From: Minisyncoccota bacterium | GTDB taxonomy: Bacteria > Patescibacteriota > Minisyncoccia > Minisyncoccales > CG1-02-41-26 | Direction: 5' to 3' | Length of the DNA stretch: 64,000 nt | Assembly (NCBI GenBank): GCA_028718785.1 | Contig: JAQULB010000003.1 | Location: 74,228 to 138,227, forward strand | Shown here: in pieces, positions 9,817 to 19,573 of the stretch | Numbering within the stretch: position 1 is the first letter of the stretch | Layout: each line of letters opens with the position of its first letter | Made by a program: the position numbers and the translations under genes | The notes under the pieces: generated by a model | The model's input: the letters and a program-made list of their open reading frames with translations, nothing else | What the model was told of the DNA's origin: nothing | The model's database searches: none

Positions 9817-10194
9817 ATGAAAAAAATATTACTAATTGAAGATGAGGGAGCTTTGCAAAAAAGTTTAGGAGACACTTTCCGCGGAGCTGGTTTTGAGGTT
9901 TTGAGCGCTTTAGATGGTGAAGCAGGCGAAAGATTGGCAAAAAAAGAAAAGCCGGATTTGATTATTTTAGATTTAGTTTTGCCCCAAAAAGACGGGTTAG
10001 ATGTTTTTCAGGCATTAAAAGACGACCCAATAACAAAAGATATCCCAGTGGTTATTTTAACTAATCTTGAAAGAATAGAGCATGTGGAAAAAGTTTTAGA
10101 AATGGGCGCTAAAACATACTTGGTGAAATCAAACTATACCCTAAAAGAAATATTAGAAAAAGTTAACCAGGTCTTATCGAGTCAGAGCCAGTAG
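9817..10194 (+). CDS. Receiver-only response regulator (CheY-like)
   Basis: The sequence reads MKKILLIEDE...DLIILDLVLPQKDG...K, and there is no output domain. Confidence 0.85.
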   Translation: MKKILLIEDEGALQKSLGDTFRGAGFEVLSALDGEAGERLAKKEKPDLIILDLVLPQKDGLDVFQALKDDPITKDIPVVILTNLERIEHVEKVLEMGAKTYLVKSNYTLKEILEKVNQVLSSQSQ

Positions 10195-10429
10195 GCGATA
10201 GACGAGATTAGAGCTGGTTAACTCTGTGGAGTATTTTTAAATTTTTAGTAAAAAAATTTAAAACAGAAATTTTCTCTGAAAATTTCTACTCCACGGGGTG
10301 TAAGAATTCGTAAATTCATTTCATTCATTAACGACTTAAGGAATATCCCGATTAAACGCTTTATGAGAGAGCGTTTAACAGGATCTAAGAATTCGTAAAT
10401 TCATTTCATTCATTAACGACTTCTAAGAC
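10192..10429 (+). repeat. Intergenic hairpin-array element, copy 3 (variant H1, H3 duplicated)
   Basis: H2 arms are CTCTGTGGAGTA (10222-10233) and TACTCCACGGGGTG (10287-10300). TAAGAATTCGTAAATTCATTTCATTCATTAACGACTT occurs twice. The element ends CTTCTAAGAC-ATG. Confidence 0.8.
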
Positions 10430-12184
10430 ATGAAAGTTGAACCCCAACAATTAAAGGCCTTTATAGTAAGTTCTGGATTAGTTAACGAAAAGCAGTTTGA
10501 TAATTGTTTTAAAAAAGCGGAAAAATCCAAAGAAAGCGTTGAAGATGTTTTGATTGCTGACAAACTAATAACGCAAGCGGATTTAATTCGTTTAAAGGCC
10601 TATATTTTGGGCATTCCTTTTGTTAACTTAGAAAAAGATAAAATATTGGCTGATATTTTAAAAATTATTCCAGAGCCAATCGCCAGGACTCACAATATTG
10701 TGGCTTTTAGAAAGCAGGGCAAGAATTTGGAAGTGGCAATGCTTGATCCAGAAGATTTAAAAACAATAGAGTTTGTCAAAAAAAAGTCTGATTTAAAAAT
10801 ACTTCCCAGATTAACAAGTCCAGAAAGTATAAAAAGCGCTTTAAGCCAATATCAAGAAAGCTTGCAAGCTGAGTTTGGAGATATAATTAAGCAAGAAACA
10901 GGAGAAATAAAAAATATTCAAGACAGCGAGGGCGAAAATGAAGAAGCTGGGTCGGATTTGGAAAAGAAAGCTCAAGAAGTGCCAATAATTAAAATTGTTG
11001 ACACTTTATTAAAGCACGCCATTTTGCAAGGCGCTTCTGACATCCACATTGAACCAATGGAAAACGAGGTTTTGGTTAGATACAGAATAGACGGTATTTT
11101 GCATGATGCTATGACATTGCCAGTTATCGCCAAATCGGGAATTGTTGCTCGCATAAAAGTGTTAAGCAACTTAAAGCTTGATGAACACCGGCTTCCTCAA
11201 GATGGAAGGTTTAAAATTGAAACAAACGAATATAAATATTCGGTTAGGGTTTCGGTTTTGCCGGTTTTTAATGGTGAAAAAATAGTAATGCGACTTTTAC
11301 CCGAAACAACCAAAGGCCTTTCATTAGAACAGCTTGGCATAACCGGGGATGCATTAGAAAAAATTGAAGTAGCCCTAAATAGACCAGTTGGAATGGTTTT
11401 AGTTACAGGACCAACTGGCTCTGGTAAAACAACCACGCTTTATTCAATGATGGAGATATTAAACAAGCCGTTCGTTAATATTTCCACCGTGGAAGATCCA
11501 ATTGAATATAGAATGCCCAGAGTTAATCAAACGCAAGTAAATCCGCTTATTGGATTAACTTTTGCTTCAGGGCTTAGATCGTTATTGAGGCAAGACCCAA
11601 ATGTTATAATGGTTGGAGAAATTAGAGATAATGAAACCGCCAGTTTAGCTATCAACGCTTCCTTAACAGGGCATTTGGTGCTTTCTACTTTGCATACAAA
11701 TTCGGCCGCTGGGGCTATTCCTCGGCTTGTTGACATGAAAGTGGAACCATTTTTGTTGGCTTCAACTCTTAATGTGGTTATTGCTCAAAGATTAGTGAGG
11801 CGTTTAACAGAGGAAAAAGAAGAATATTATTTGCAGGATTCTGATTTAAAAAATCTTTCAAAATATTGCAACATAGAAACAATTAACAAGGTTTTAGAAG
11901 AAGAAAAAATATCAAAACCAGGTCAGTCAATCAAGGAAATTCCTTTTTATAAACCAAAAACAACAAAAGAAGCGCCAGACGGATATAAGGGCAGAGTGGG
12001 CATTTATGAAGTTTTAAATGTTGATGAGGCCATAAGATCGCTTTTACAAAAAGGATCATCGGCTGATGAAATACAAAACCAAGCGGTTTTATCTGGCATG
12101 AGACTAATGTTTGCTGATGGTTTTGCTAAAGCCGCTCGGGGGCAAACTAGCGTGGAAGAAATTTTAAGGGTGATAACAGAATAA
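10430..12184 (+). CDS. pilB: Type IV pilus assembly ATPase (GspE/PilB family), locus 1
   Basis: Walker A (GPTGSGKTTT), Asp and His boxes, and the RLPQDGRF motif are all present. Confidence 0.9.
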   Translation: MKVEPQQLKAFIVSSGLVNEKQFDNCFKKAEKSKESVEDVLIADKLITQADLIRLKAYILGIPFVNLEKDKILADILKIIPEPIARTHNIVAFRKQGKNLEVAMLDPEDLKTIEFVKKKSDLKILPRLTSPESIKSALSQYQESLQAEFGDIIKQETGEIKNIQDSEGENEEAGSDLEKKAQEVPIIKIVDTLLKHAILQGASDIHIEPMENEVLVRYRIDGILHDAMTLPVIAKSGIVARIKVLSNLKLDEHRLPQDGRFKIETNEYKYSVRVSVLPVFNGEKIVMRLLPETTKGLSLEQLGITGDALEKIEVALNRPVGMVLVTGPTGSGKTTTLYSMMEILNKPFVNISTVEDPIEYRMPRVNQTQVNPLIGLTFASGLRSLLRQDPNVIMVGEIRDNETASLAINASLTGHLVLSTLHTNSAAGAIPRLVDMKVEPFLLASTLNVVIAQRLVRRLTEEKEEYYLQDSDLKNLSKYCNIETINKVLEEEKISKPGQSIKEIPFYKPKTTKEAPDGYKGRVGIYEVLNVDEAIRSLLQKGSSADEIQNQAVLSGMRLMFADGFAKAARGQTSVEEILRVITE

Positions 12185-12409
12185 ATGAGCGTTAAAATTT
12201 TCAAGCTATCAAGCGCTGAAAATTTTATAACGCGAATTTACCCTGTGAAGTAATTTTAAATTTTAATAAATTCAAAATTAAAATTTGTAATCAAATTTTA
12301 CTTCACTGGGGTTTGATAAAAACCCTCATTAAAGGGGTCGCGCTTATACTCGGAGCCACCCCAGCTTTTCACGACTCTCAAGCTCGCCGTTCAAATAAGA
12401 ATTTCTAAT
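12182..12409 (+). repeat. Intergenic hairpin-array element, copy 4 (divergent H3)
   Basis: H1 is TAAATGAGCG...CGCGAATTTA. H2 arms are CCCTGTGAAGTA (12241-12252) and TACTTCACTGGGG (12299-12311). The element ends AAGAATTTCTAAT-ATG. Confidence 0.75.
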
Positions 12410-13675
12410 ATGCCAAAATATTTTTACAAAGCTAAAAATTTAAAAGGCGAGGATATAGAAGGATATTTGGAGGTTTTAAACGAGAAACAATTGGCTCAAA
12501 ATTTAAGAAGCCAGGGGTATTTTTTAATTTCAAGCCAATCAACTAACAACCCCAATCAAGAGGGAAACAAAGAGGGTAAAAACAAAAACGAGAAATTTCC
12601 CGGCAAATTAAAAATTAATTTTTTAGATAACTTATTTGGAGTTCCCTTAACTGAAAAATTGTTTTTTGTGAGAAATCTTGGAGTAATGGTAAAAACAGGC
12701 GTTTCTTTGGTGAGGGCGTTTGAGATATTATCACAGCAAACTCGCTCAAAAATGTTTAAAAATGTTTTAACAGAGCTTTCAGGAGAGGTAAACAAAGGAG
12801 AGAGTTTAGCTGAGGCCTTAGGTCACTACCCTAAAGTTTTTCCTGTTATTTTTCAAGAAACCATAAAGGTGGGAGAAGAAACCGGGAAACTTGAAAACGC
12901 TTTAAAAACCTTAAATAAGCAGATGGAAAAAGAGCATGATTTAAAGTCCAAGATAGCTTCGGCCATGGTTTACCCAATAATGGTTTTGATAATGGTTTTT
13001 GGGATTGGAATTTTTATGATGATTTTTGCTGTGCCAAAAATTAAGGCCTCTTTTACAGAAATGGGCGTTCAATTGCCAATAACCACTAAAATTATTTTAG
13101 GTTTTGCTGACCTGTTAATTAATCATTGGATCCTTGTAATTTTAGTTGTTTTTGGTTTTATTGCTGGGATGTTCTTTTTTTTAAAAAGCGGAAAAGGGGG
13201 GAAGATAAAGTCAACGATATGGTTGAAAATACCTATTATTTCAAAATTAGTCCGTCAAACAAATTCGGCTTTAACTTTAAGAACTTTAAGCTCTTTGTTG
13301 CAATCTGGCGTGCCAATTGTGAGGGCGTTGGTTATTGCTTCTGGGTCTTTGGGGAACTTTTATTTTAGGGACGCTTTAAAAAATTCAGCCGAAAGCGTTG
13401 AAAGAGGGGAAAAGCTTTCAAAAGCTTTAAAGGCATATCAAAATATTTTCTCGCCAATGATTGTGCAAATGCTTGAGGTTGGAGAAGAAACCGGCGAAAC
13501 TCCAGATATTTTAGAGAAGTTAGCTGAATTTTTAGAAGAGGAGGTTGGCGCTTCAACCCAACGGCTTTCCTCAATAATTGAACCGCTTTTAATTATGTGT
13601 GTTGGGGGCGCAGTTGGATTTTTTGCTGTTTCAATGATGCAGCCAATGTTTAGCATAATGGAAGGAGTAAAATGA
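12410..13675 (+). CDS. pilC: Type IV pilus platform protein (GspF/PilC family), locus 1
   Basis: Two GspF-type repeats are present (..GE.TG.L, EVGEETGE), with three TM segments. Confidence 0.85.
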   Translation: MPKYFYKAKNLKGEDIEGYLEVLNEKQLAQNLRSQGYFLISSQSTNNPNQEGNKEGKNKNEKFPGKLKINFLDNLFGVPLTEKLFFVRNLGVMVKTGVSLVRAFEILSQQTRSKMFKNVLTELSGEVNKGESLAEALGHYPKVFPVIFQETIKVGEETGKLENALKTLNKQMEKEHDLKSKIASAMVYPIMVLIMVFGIGIFMMIFAVPKIKASFTEMGVQLPITTKIILGFADLLINHWILVILVVFGFIAGMFFFLKSGKGGKIKSTIWLKIPIISKLVRQTNSALTLRTLSSLLQSGVPIVRALVIASGSLGNFYFRDALKNSAESVERGEKLSKALKAYQNIFSPMIVQMLEVGEETGETPDILEKLAEFLEEEVGASTQRLSSIIEPLLIMCVGGAVGFFAVSMMQPMFSIMEGVK

Positions 13676-14136
13676 CAAATAACATAAAACAAACAACAAA
13701 TAACAAGGGATTTACTTTAATAGAGATAATGGTGGCAATTGGCATTGTTTTGATTTTAAGCGGAATTTCTTGGGCTGGTTTTATAAAATATCAGCCATCG
13801 TTAGCTTTGAGCGCCATTGCTCGGAGCTTAACAACTGATTTGCGGTCTGTTCAACAACTTGCGGTTACTGAGCAAATTAATCATGGAATTTTTTTTAATA
13901 TTTCAAACAACCAATATCAACTTGAAAAAATAAATGCGGGAACTGTTATTTTGTCTGTAAAAAATTTACCAGCTAATGTTGTTTTTTGCGGGATAACAGG
14001 GTTATTTGAAAATAGAGCAGAGTTTAATCCCTATGGATCTGCGCTTTATTCTGGGTCGGTTTGTTTGACTAACGCTAATGGCCAAACAAAAATAATAGAC
14101 ATTAAGCCATCTGGTTTTGTTAAAATTCAAAATTAG
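13672..14136 (+). CDS. Prepilin-type N-terminal methylation-domain pseudopilin
   Basis: It carries the KGFTLIEIMVAIGIVLIL signature. The start overlaps the pilC stop (ATGA). Confidence 0.8.
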   Translation: MTNNIKQTTNNKGFTLIEIMVAIGIVLILSGISWAGFIKYQPSLALSAIARSLTTDLRSVQQLAVTEQINHGIFFNISNNQYQLEKINAGTVILSVKNLPANVVFCGITGLFENRAEFNPYGSALYSGSVCLTNANGQTKIIDIKPSGFVKIQN

Positions 14137-14154
14137 CGCAATGCAAACATATAA

Positions 14155-14574
14155 ATGCATACTAATTATACTGATATAAAAATAAAGGGGTTTACTTTAA
14201 TAGAGTCAATAATGGCATTGGGGGTGATTGGCATTGGTTTGGTAATTGTTTTACAAGTTTTTCCATCTGGTTTTAGCGTTGAAAAAAATACCCAGCTTGA
14301 GACTCAAGCGACTTTATGTGGCCAAGAAAAAATTGAAGAATTACTTTCAAAGTCGTTTTCTGAGCTGTCTGTTGGAACTGTTGTTGATGGTTCATTGCCC
14401 ACTCCGTTTGAAAAGTTTTCGCGTGCCACAAAAATAAGTTTTATTAATTCAAATTTAGAAGAAAGCGCTTCAGCTACCACTTTTAAAAAAATAGAAGTAG
14501 CTGTTTCATGGAATTCGCCTTTACGAATTGGAAGCAAAGAAATAAAACTAATAACTTTATTTGCTGAAAAATGA
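14155..14574 (+). CDS. Pseudopilin (prepilin N-terminal motif)
   Basis: It carries the KGFTLIESIMALGVIGIGLVI signature. Confidence 0.75.
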   Translation: MHTNYTDIKIKGFTLIESIMALGVIGIGLVIVLQVFPSGFSVEKNTQLETQATLCGQEKIEELLSKSFSELSVGTVVDGSLPTPFEKFSRATKISFINSNLEESASATTFKKIEVAVSWNSPLRIGSKEIKLITLFAEK

Positions 14575-15176
14575 AAATAGAAAAAGCATTTACTCTTGTT
14601 GAGGTGTTAGTGGCAATGGCTATCTTTGCAATAGCTGTGGTTTTAATTTTTACTATTTATTTTACCTCTCAAAAGTTTTATCAAAAAACAGAAACAAAAG
14701 CAGAAATTTTGCAAAACGCTAGAGTAGTTTTGGAAAGAATATCAAGAGAATTAAGGCAAACTCAAGAAATAGTCACTGTTTTACCCCAAACACCAGACAA
14801 TCCTTCTTCTCCCCCAACAAATGAAATAGAATTTCAAGACGGCCACACTCCTTCTCCTTATAGCTATTTGGGCAGTGATTATTATTATATTAGATATTAT
14901 GTTTCAGATAGCGCGGGCGAAATTAACCGCCAATATAAAGTTTATTGTTTTGACAACTGCTTATCTTGCTTAGCATATTTTAAATGGAACGATACTCAAA
15001 TGGTTGATGGCGTTTCAACCCAGGCCCATGGCTGTCCCTTAGAAGATAGAGTTATTGGGGAGTTTGTTCAAGAAATTAAATTTTGGGGAGCGGGAAATAT
15101 AAATATTTATTTAAAACTTCAAAAATTAAATGAACAAATGGATTTTCAAACAAATGTTTTTGGTCGGAATTTTTAA
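14571..15176 (+). CDS. Pseudopilin (prepilin N-terminal motif)
   Basis: It carries the KAFTLVEVLVAMAIFAIAVVL signature. The start overlaps the upstream stop. Confidence 0.75.
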   Translation: MKIEKAFTLVEVLVAMAIFAIAVVLIFTIYFTSQKFYQKTETKAEILQNARVVLERISRELRQTQEIVTVLPQTPDNPSSPPTNEIEFQDGHTPSPYSYLGSDYYYIRYYVSDSAGEINRQYKVYCFDNCLSCLAYFKWNDTQMVDGVSTQAHGCPLEDRVIGEFVQEIKFWGAGNINIYLKLQKLNEQMDFQTNVFGRNF

Positions 15177-15195
15177 TTCTACAGAAGAGTTTCAA

Positions 15196-16584
15196 ATGGT
15201 TTATAAAAGACAACTCAATAAACATTTTAAAATTTACCACAAGGAAGGGGGGAGCGCTTTATTAGTGGCTATTTTAGTTTTAGGGTTAATGGTTTTTTTA
15301 TCTACTTATTTTATTTCTTTTAGCTTAACAGGCGTTCAAATGGCTGATAACCAAAAATATGCTAGCCAAACTTATTATTTAGCTGAAGCAGGCGTTCAAG
15401 AAGCGATCTTTAAACTAAAAAATGACTCCTCGTGGAAAAGCGCTTTTGAAACATTGCCAACCATAGCCGATCCAAATTGCTCGTCTTGGTCAATACCTTT
15501 TTATCAAAGAACAGGAGGGATTTTTAGCAATGGAACATATCAAATTACAATTAACAATTTGGGTTGCGCTAAAGCAGAAATTATCTCGCAGGCCTTTATT
15601 AATATCTCCCCCACTAAAAAATCCCAGCGTGTTGTGAGGGTAAAAATTTTTAAGGCAATGGGAAATCCGGTTTCTGAGTATGGCATTTTCACGGGGGGGG
15701 CAAGCGGGAACGCAAACATTACCCTCACAAACCCCTTAAGAATACACGATGGCAATATGCTGGTGCAGAATGTTTTGCAGGTAAAAACATTAAGCAGGGT
15801 TTATGTTGACGAGAAGACTTTGGCTGGAGGCAATGTTTCAATTGATGGTTCTTCTCAATTAAATTCAGCTGATACTTGCGCAAAAAATATATGCCAGCCA
15901 GGATGCGATTCAGCAACTGAATGCCCCCCAACAGATATTGAAATGCCTCCTGTTGATTTTGATTCAGCAAGCGTTAATTCTTTTTTGTCAAGAGCAGGAA
16001 TTAGCAATTGTAGCTCTTTGAGAAGCGATGGAAAAACCAATTGTGTTTTTACCACAAGCGAGTTTGAAAAAGCGATGTGGAATAATTATCCTTTAATTGT
16101 TTTTCCCGTTGGGGCTGTGATTTATGTTCTTGGAGATGTTAATATAAGAGCAGGGCAAGATATAATCATCAATGGAGTTTTAGCTTGTGATAGAGACATA
16201 AATTTAGGACAGGATAATTGCTGGACAAGGACCGAGTGGCCTTTTATTAGATGCGGTTTTTCAAAAGTGAGTGTTTTTAGTCCGGGTAGCGGATTACCTT
16301 CTGGATTATTGACAAAGAGAAAGTTTTCTATAGGGGGATCTTTTGGAGTGGGAACTCAGAGCTTGCTTGTTAATGGATTGATTTATTCTGGAGACCAAAT
16401 GACCGTGTCTTCGGTGTTAGCTCCAGTTGAAATTCACGGAGGGATTGTGGCCAGAAAAATCGATTTTTCAAGCGTTTGGCAACCTTTTAATGTATACTTA
16501 GAAAGTAATATTATTGTTGATACTCTTGGGGTGGCTTCTTATTCACCGGTAATTATTGTTGATCATTGGGAAGAAGAATATTAA
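15196..16584 (+). CDS. Large PilX/PilY-like pilus-associated protein
   Basis: Met23 of ORF 15130..16584 is followed by GGSALLVAILVLGLMVFLSTYF. It sits in the pseudopilin operon. Confidence 0.55.
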   Translation: MVYKRQLNKHFKIYHKEGGSALLVAILVLGLMVFLSTYFISFSLTGVQMADNQKYASQTYYLAEAGVQEAIFKLKNDSSWKSAFETLPTIADPNCSSWSIPFYQRTGGIFSNGTYQITINNLGCAKAEIISQAFINISPTKKSQRVVRVKIFKAMGNPVSEYGIFTGGASGNANITLTNPLRIHDGNMLVQNVLQVKTLSRVYVDEKTLAGGNVSIDGSSQLNSADTCAKNICQPGCDSATECPPTDIEMPPVDFDSASVNSFLSRAGISNCSSLRSDGKTNCVFTTSEFEKAMWNNYPLIVFPVGAVIYVLGDVNIRAGQDIIINGVLACDRDINLGQDNCWTRTEWPFIRCGFSKVSVFSPGSGLPSGLLTKRKFSIGGSFGVGTQSLLVNGLIYSGDQMTVSSVLAPVEIHGGIVARKIDFSSVWQPFNVYLESNIIVDTLGVASYSPVIIVDHWEEEY

Positions 16585-16608
16585 ACAATAAATCAAAAGT
16601 CAAAAATA

Positions 16609-17682
16609 ATGGGATTTATAAATTTTAAAAAAAGAGCAATAGGGGTTGATGTTTCCGATTTATCAATAAAATTTGCGCTTATAGAAAAGCAAGGCAAAAA
16701 AACCAGGGTGGTTTTGCTTAAAAAGCAAGACATTGCAAAAGGCGCGATTGAAAAAGGCGAGATTAAAAACGAGCAATTAGTTGCCCAAGCAATTCAAAAA
16801 GCATTTCAAAATTTAGAAAAAGAAAAAAGGGGGAATTTTAAAAAAGCTGTTATTACCTTGCCCGAGGAAAAATCTTTTGTTGATATTATAAAGTTGCCAC
16901 TTTTAAAAGAATCAGAAAAGCTTTCTTCTATGGTGGCATTTGAAGCTGAGAATGTGATACCCTTTCCTCTTTCTGAGGTTTATTATGATTTTGAAAAAGT
17001 GGAAACAACCGCCAAATTGGCAAAGTGTCAAGAAGTTATCTTGTCAGCTTGTCCCAAGGAAACAGTGGATAAATACCTTGATATTTTTAATGAAGCTGGG
17101 TTTTTTTTATTAGCAATGGAAGTTGAATCATTTGCGATCGCAAGAGCGATTACCGAAAAAGATTTTTTTTATTCTCCCTTTTTAATTGTTGATTTTGGGG
17201 AAACAAGAACAACTTTAGCTATTTTTGCTGGAAGAAATTTAAGATTTACTTCAACCATTCAGGCCTCTTCTAGACAATTAACGAAAAGCATTGCCACATT
17301 TTTTGAAATTTCAGAAGAAGCGGCTGAAGAAATAAAAATTAAAGAGGGCTTAAATGGAAAAAAAGAAGTTTACGAGGCCATGATTCCTTTTTTAAATGAT
17401 GTAGCAGAGCAGATAAAACACTATATTGATTATTACCGAACTCACTCAATTAAATGTCAAGAGTTTGACAATAAAAAATCGCTTAAAAAAATTTACTTAT
17501 GCGGAGAAGGAGCAAATTTAAAAGGAATAACAGAATTTTTATTTTCTGAACTTGGAATAGAGATTGAAAAAGCAGATGTTTTAGTTAATTTATCTGAGAA
17601 AAAATTACCCCAAAGTTTAAAGAGTAGCGAGGCCTTGGGGTTTGCCACAGCCATTGGAGCTGCTTTACGCGGAGTTGAATAA
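16609..17682 (+). CDS. pilM: PilM (actin-like pilus assembly ATPase), locus 1
   Basis: The 357-aa protein has an IGVDVSD..IKF start typical of PilM/FtsA-like folds and is followed by pilN/O-like genes. Confidence 0.75.
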   Translation: MGFINFKKRAIGVDVSDLSIKFALIEKQGKKTRVVLLKKQDIAKGAIEKGEIKNEQLVAQAIQKAFQNLEKEKRGNFKKAVITLPEEKSFVDIIKLPLLKESEKLSSMVAFEAENVIPFPLSEVYYDFEKVETTAKLAKCQEVILSACPKETVDKYLDIFNEAGFFLLAMEVESFAIARAITEKDFFYSPFLIVDFGETRTTLAIFAGRNLRFTSTIQASSRQLTKSIATFFEISEEAAEEIKIKEGLNGKKEVYEAMIPFLNDVAEQIKHYIDYYRTHSIKCQEFDNKKSLKKIYLCGEGANLKGITEFLFSELGIEIEKADVLVNLSEKKLPQSLKSSEALGFATAIGAALRGVE

Positions 17683-17693
17683 AGCTATATTTT

Positions 17694-18287
17694 ATGGCAA
17701 CCAACCTTTTACCTCCAGCCCAAAAAGAGGAAATAAAAAACGAAAGCTTAAGAAAAAAAATAAGCTTGATTTTAGTTTTTTTGGGAGTGAACTTATGCAT
17801 ATTAATGGGTGTTATTTTTGGTTTTCGTTTTTATGTTTCAGTTAAAAATATTGCAATAGACGAAAAAATAGCCATATCAGAACAGCAAATGAAAGAACCT
17901 CAATTTGAAGTTTTAAAAAAGCAGATAGACGCAGCCAATCAAAATTTATATAAAATTTCCAGCACAAAAAATGAACAAGTTTCTTGTGTGGATGTTTTAG
18001 AAAAAATTAGCTCTTTGGTTCCCGGAAATATTTATTTGCAATATTTTTCTTTTAAAAATAATTTTAAAGACATAGAGGATGAAAAAACAAAACAAATAAA
18101 GAGAAGCTTTTTTGCAGATGTAAAAATAGGCGGGGTGGCCCAAACCAGAGAAATTCTTTTTCTTTTTAAAAAATCTCTTGACCAAGAACAATCTTTTCAA
18201 GATGTTTATTTTGCCCCGTCTTCTTGGGTGAAGCCAACTAACGCGGATTTCACAGTGGATTTTAAGTATTTTCCCGATAGTAAATAA
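17694..18287 (+). CDS. pilN: PilN-like bitopic membrane protein, locus 1
   Basis: The N-terminal NLLPP motif is followed by a single TM segment. The call also rests on synteny after pilM. Confidence 0.6.
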   Translation: MATNLLPPAQKEEIKNESLRKKISLILVFLGVNLCILMGVIFGFRFYVSVKNIAIDEKIAISEQQMKEPQFEVLKKQIDAANQNLYKISSTKNEQVSCVDVLEKISSLVPGNIYLQYFSFKNNFKDIEDEKTKQIKRSFFADVKIGGVAQTREILFLFKKSLDQEQSFQDVYFAPSSWVKPTNADFTVDFKYFPDSK

Positions 18288-18293
18288 TCAAGT

Positions 18294-18872
18294 ATGTCAA
18301 CAGCCAAACAAAAAATTAAAATTGATATAGCGGTTTTTATCGCATTTTTGATACTGGTAATTTTTTTGGGCATTATTCCTCTTTCTTCTCAGCTTTCTTT
18401 TGATTCCAAAAATTTAGCAACCAAAAAAAGCGCTTTATCTTTTTTGGAAAGCCAAATTAAGGCCTTGAGCGATTTTCAGAATAGCAGTTTGGAGTATCAG
18501 CAAAAAATAAATAAGCTTGATTCAAGTTTTGTTTCTCAAGAAGCGCCGATTGAGTTTATAGAATTTTTAGAACAAGAAGCGTTAAATCAGGGTTTAAAAA
18601 TTTCTTTGTCTTCCGCAGAGAGGGTTTCCGAGCAAAAAGGAAGCCGGCTAACAATGGGATTTATGGCAACTTTAACCGGCGGATTTCCCAATATTTTAGC
18701 ATTTTTAAAGAAGGTAGAAGGAAGTCCTTGGCTTATAAAAGTTGAACAGGTGGATGTTAGCAGAATAAGCGCAAACAACAAACTCTACGGCGCAGAGGAT
18801 GCCCAAATAGGGCAGGTTATTTTAAATTTGAGTTTTAAAACATTTTCAAACTATCTTTCTCCCGCCCAATAA
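18294..18872 (+). CDS. pilO: PilO-like bitopic membrane protein, locus 1
   Basis: It has a single TM segment plus a coiled-coil. The call also rests on synteny. Confidence 0.5.
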   Translation: MSTAKQKIKIDIAVFIAFLILVIFLGIIPLSSQLSFDSKNLATKKSALSFLESQIKALSDFQNSSLEYQQKINKLDSSFVSQEAPIEFIEFLEQEALNQGLKISLSSAERVSEQKGSRLTMGFMATLTGGFPNILAFLKKVEGSPWLIKVEQVDVSRISANNKLYGAEDAQIGQVILNLSFKTFSNYLSPAQ

Positions 18873-18891
18873 ATTAAAAGCAATTTTTACA

Positions 18892-19242
18892 ATGAACACA
18901 ATATTGCCAAATAGTATAAAAAATAGCGCTCAAAAAGCAATTAAAAAACTTTTTAACAAGCCAGCGTATTTATTTATTTTTTTCTTTTTTATTAATTTAA
19001 TAATTGCTTTTATTTTATTCTGGCAGTTAGTTTTATTTCCCGCAATTGACAACAAACCCCAATCTTTGCTTGTTTTGAATAAAAATGCCTTAGATAGATT
19101 TGTTGCAGATTGGGAGAAACAAGAAGAAGAGTCAAGCGCCATAAAAAATATAAACTATCCAGATATATTTTTTGGTTTTTCAAGCCCAAAAATTCAAACA
19201 ACCGCAACTTCATCTTCTGCCACCACCACTCAAAGTAAATAG
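18892..19242 (+). CDS. Small membrane protein with Thr/Ser-rich tail
   Basis: It has a TM segment (YLFIFFFFINLIIAFILFWQLVLF) and is the last gene of locus 1. Confidence 0.4.
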   Translation: MNTILPNSIKNSAQKAIKKLFNKPAYLFIFFFFINLIIAFILFWQLVLFPAIDNKPQSLLVLNKNALDRFVADWEKQEEESSAIKNINYPDIFFGFSSPKIQTTATSSSATTTQSK

Positions 19243-19297
19243 TTTAGCGTTGACTAATAGGTGTTTTTGCATTAAAATCACAGCATAGTTTTCGTAT

Positions 19298-19369
19298 GTC
19301 CCCGTAGTTCAACGGATAGAACGAAACTCTTCTAAAGTTTAGATGGGGGTCCGATTCCTCCCGGGGACA
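19298..19369 (+). tRNA. tRNA-Arg(UCU)
   Basis: Acceptor GTCCCCG/CGGGGAC, anticodon loop CTTCTAA. The T loop reads TCCGATT, with C at position 55. Confidence 0.8.
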
Positions 19370-19396
19370 CACTCGAAATTTTGATATGTCGAGCAT

Positions 19397-19468
19397 GGCG
19401 GCTATGGTGTAGCGGTAACACTGCTCCCTGTGGAGGAGCCATCGCCGGTTCAAACCCGACTAGCCGCC
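19397..19468 (+). tRNA. tRNA-His(GUG) with encoded G-1
   Basis: G-1 pairs with C73. Acceptor GCGGCTA/TAGCCGC, anticodon stem GCTCC/GGAGC, anticodon loop CTGTGGA. Confidence 0.8.
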
Positions 19469-19480
19469 CAGAAAATATTT

Positions 19481-19547
19481 AAAACAAAACCAGCCGACCT
19501 GCGCTCCGCCGAAAACTACGGCAAGGCGAGTTGGCTGGTTTTGTTTT
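19481..19547. terminator. Long bidirectional hairpin between tRNA-His and htrA
   Basis: AAAACAAAACCAGCC ... GGCTGGTTTTGTTTT form 15-bp arms. The loop is GC-rich and contains CTGCGCTCCGCC. Confidence 0.6.
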
Positions 19548-19573
19548 AAAGCAAGAAGAGGTTGCAAAATAAT

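Noticed and set aside
19244-19453. ORF 19244..19453(-), ORF 21162..21395(+) and ORF 21900..22199(+)
   Set aside because: They overlap tRNA-Arg/His, tRNA-Ala with its terminator, and tRNA-Ser with the pseudo-tRNA. They are spurious reading frames across RNA genes.
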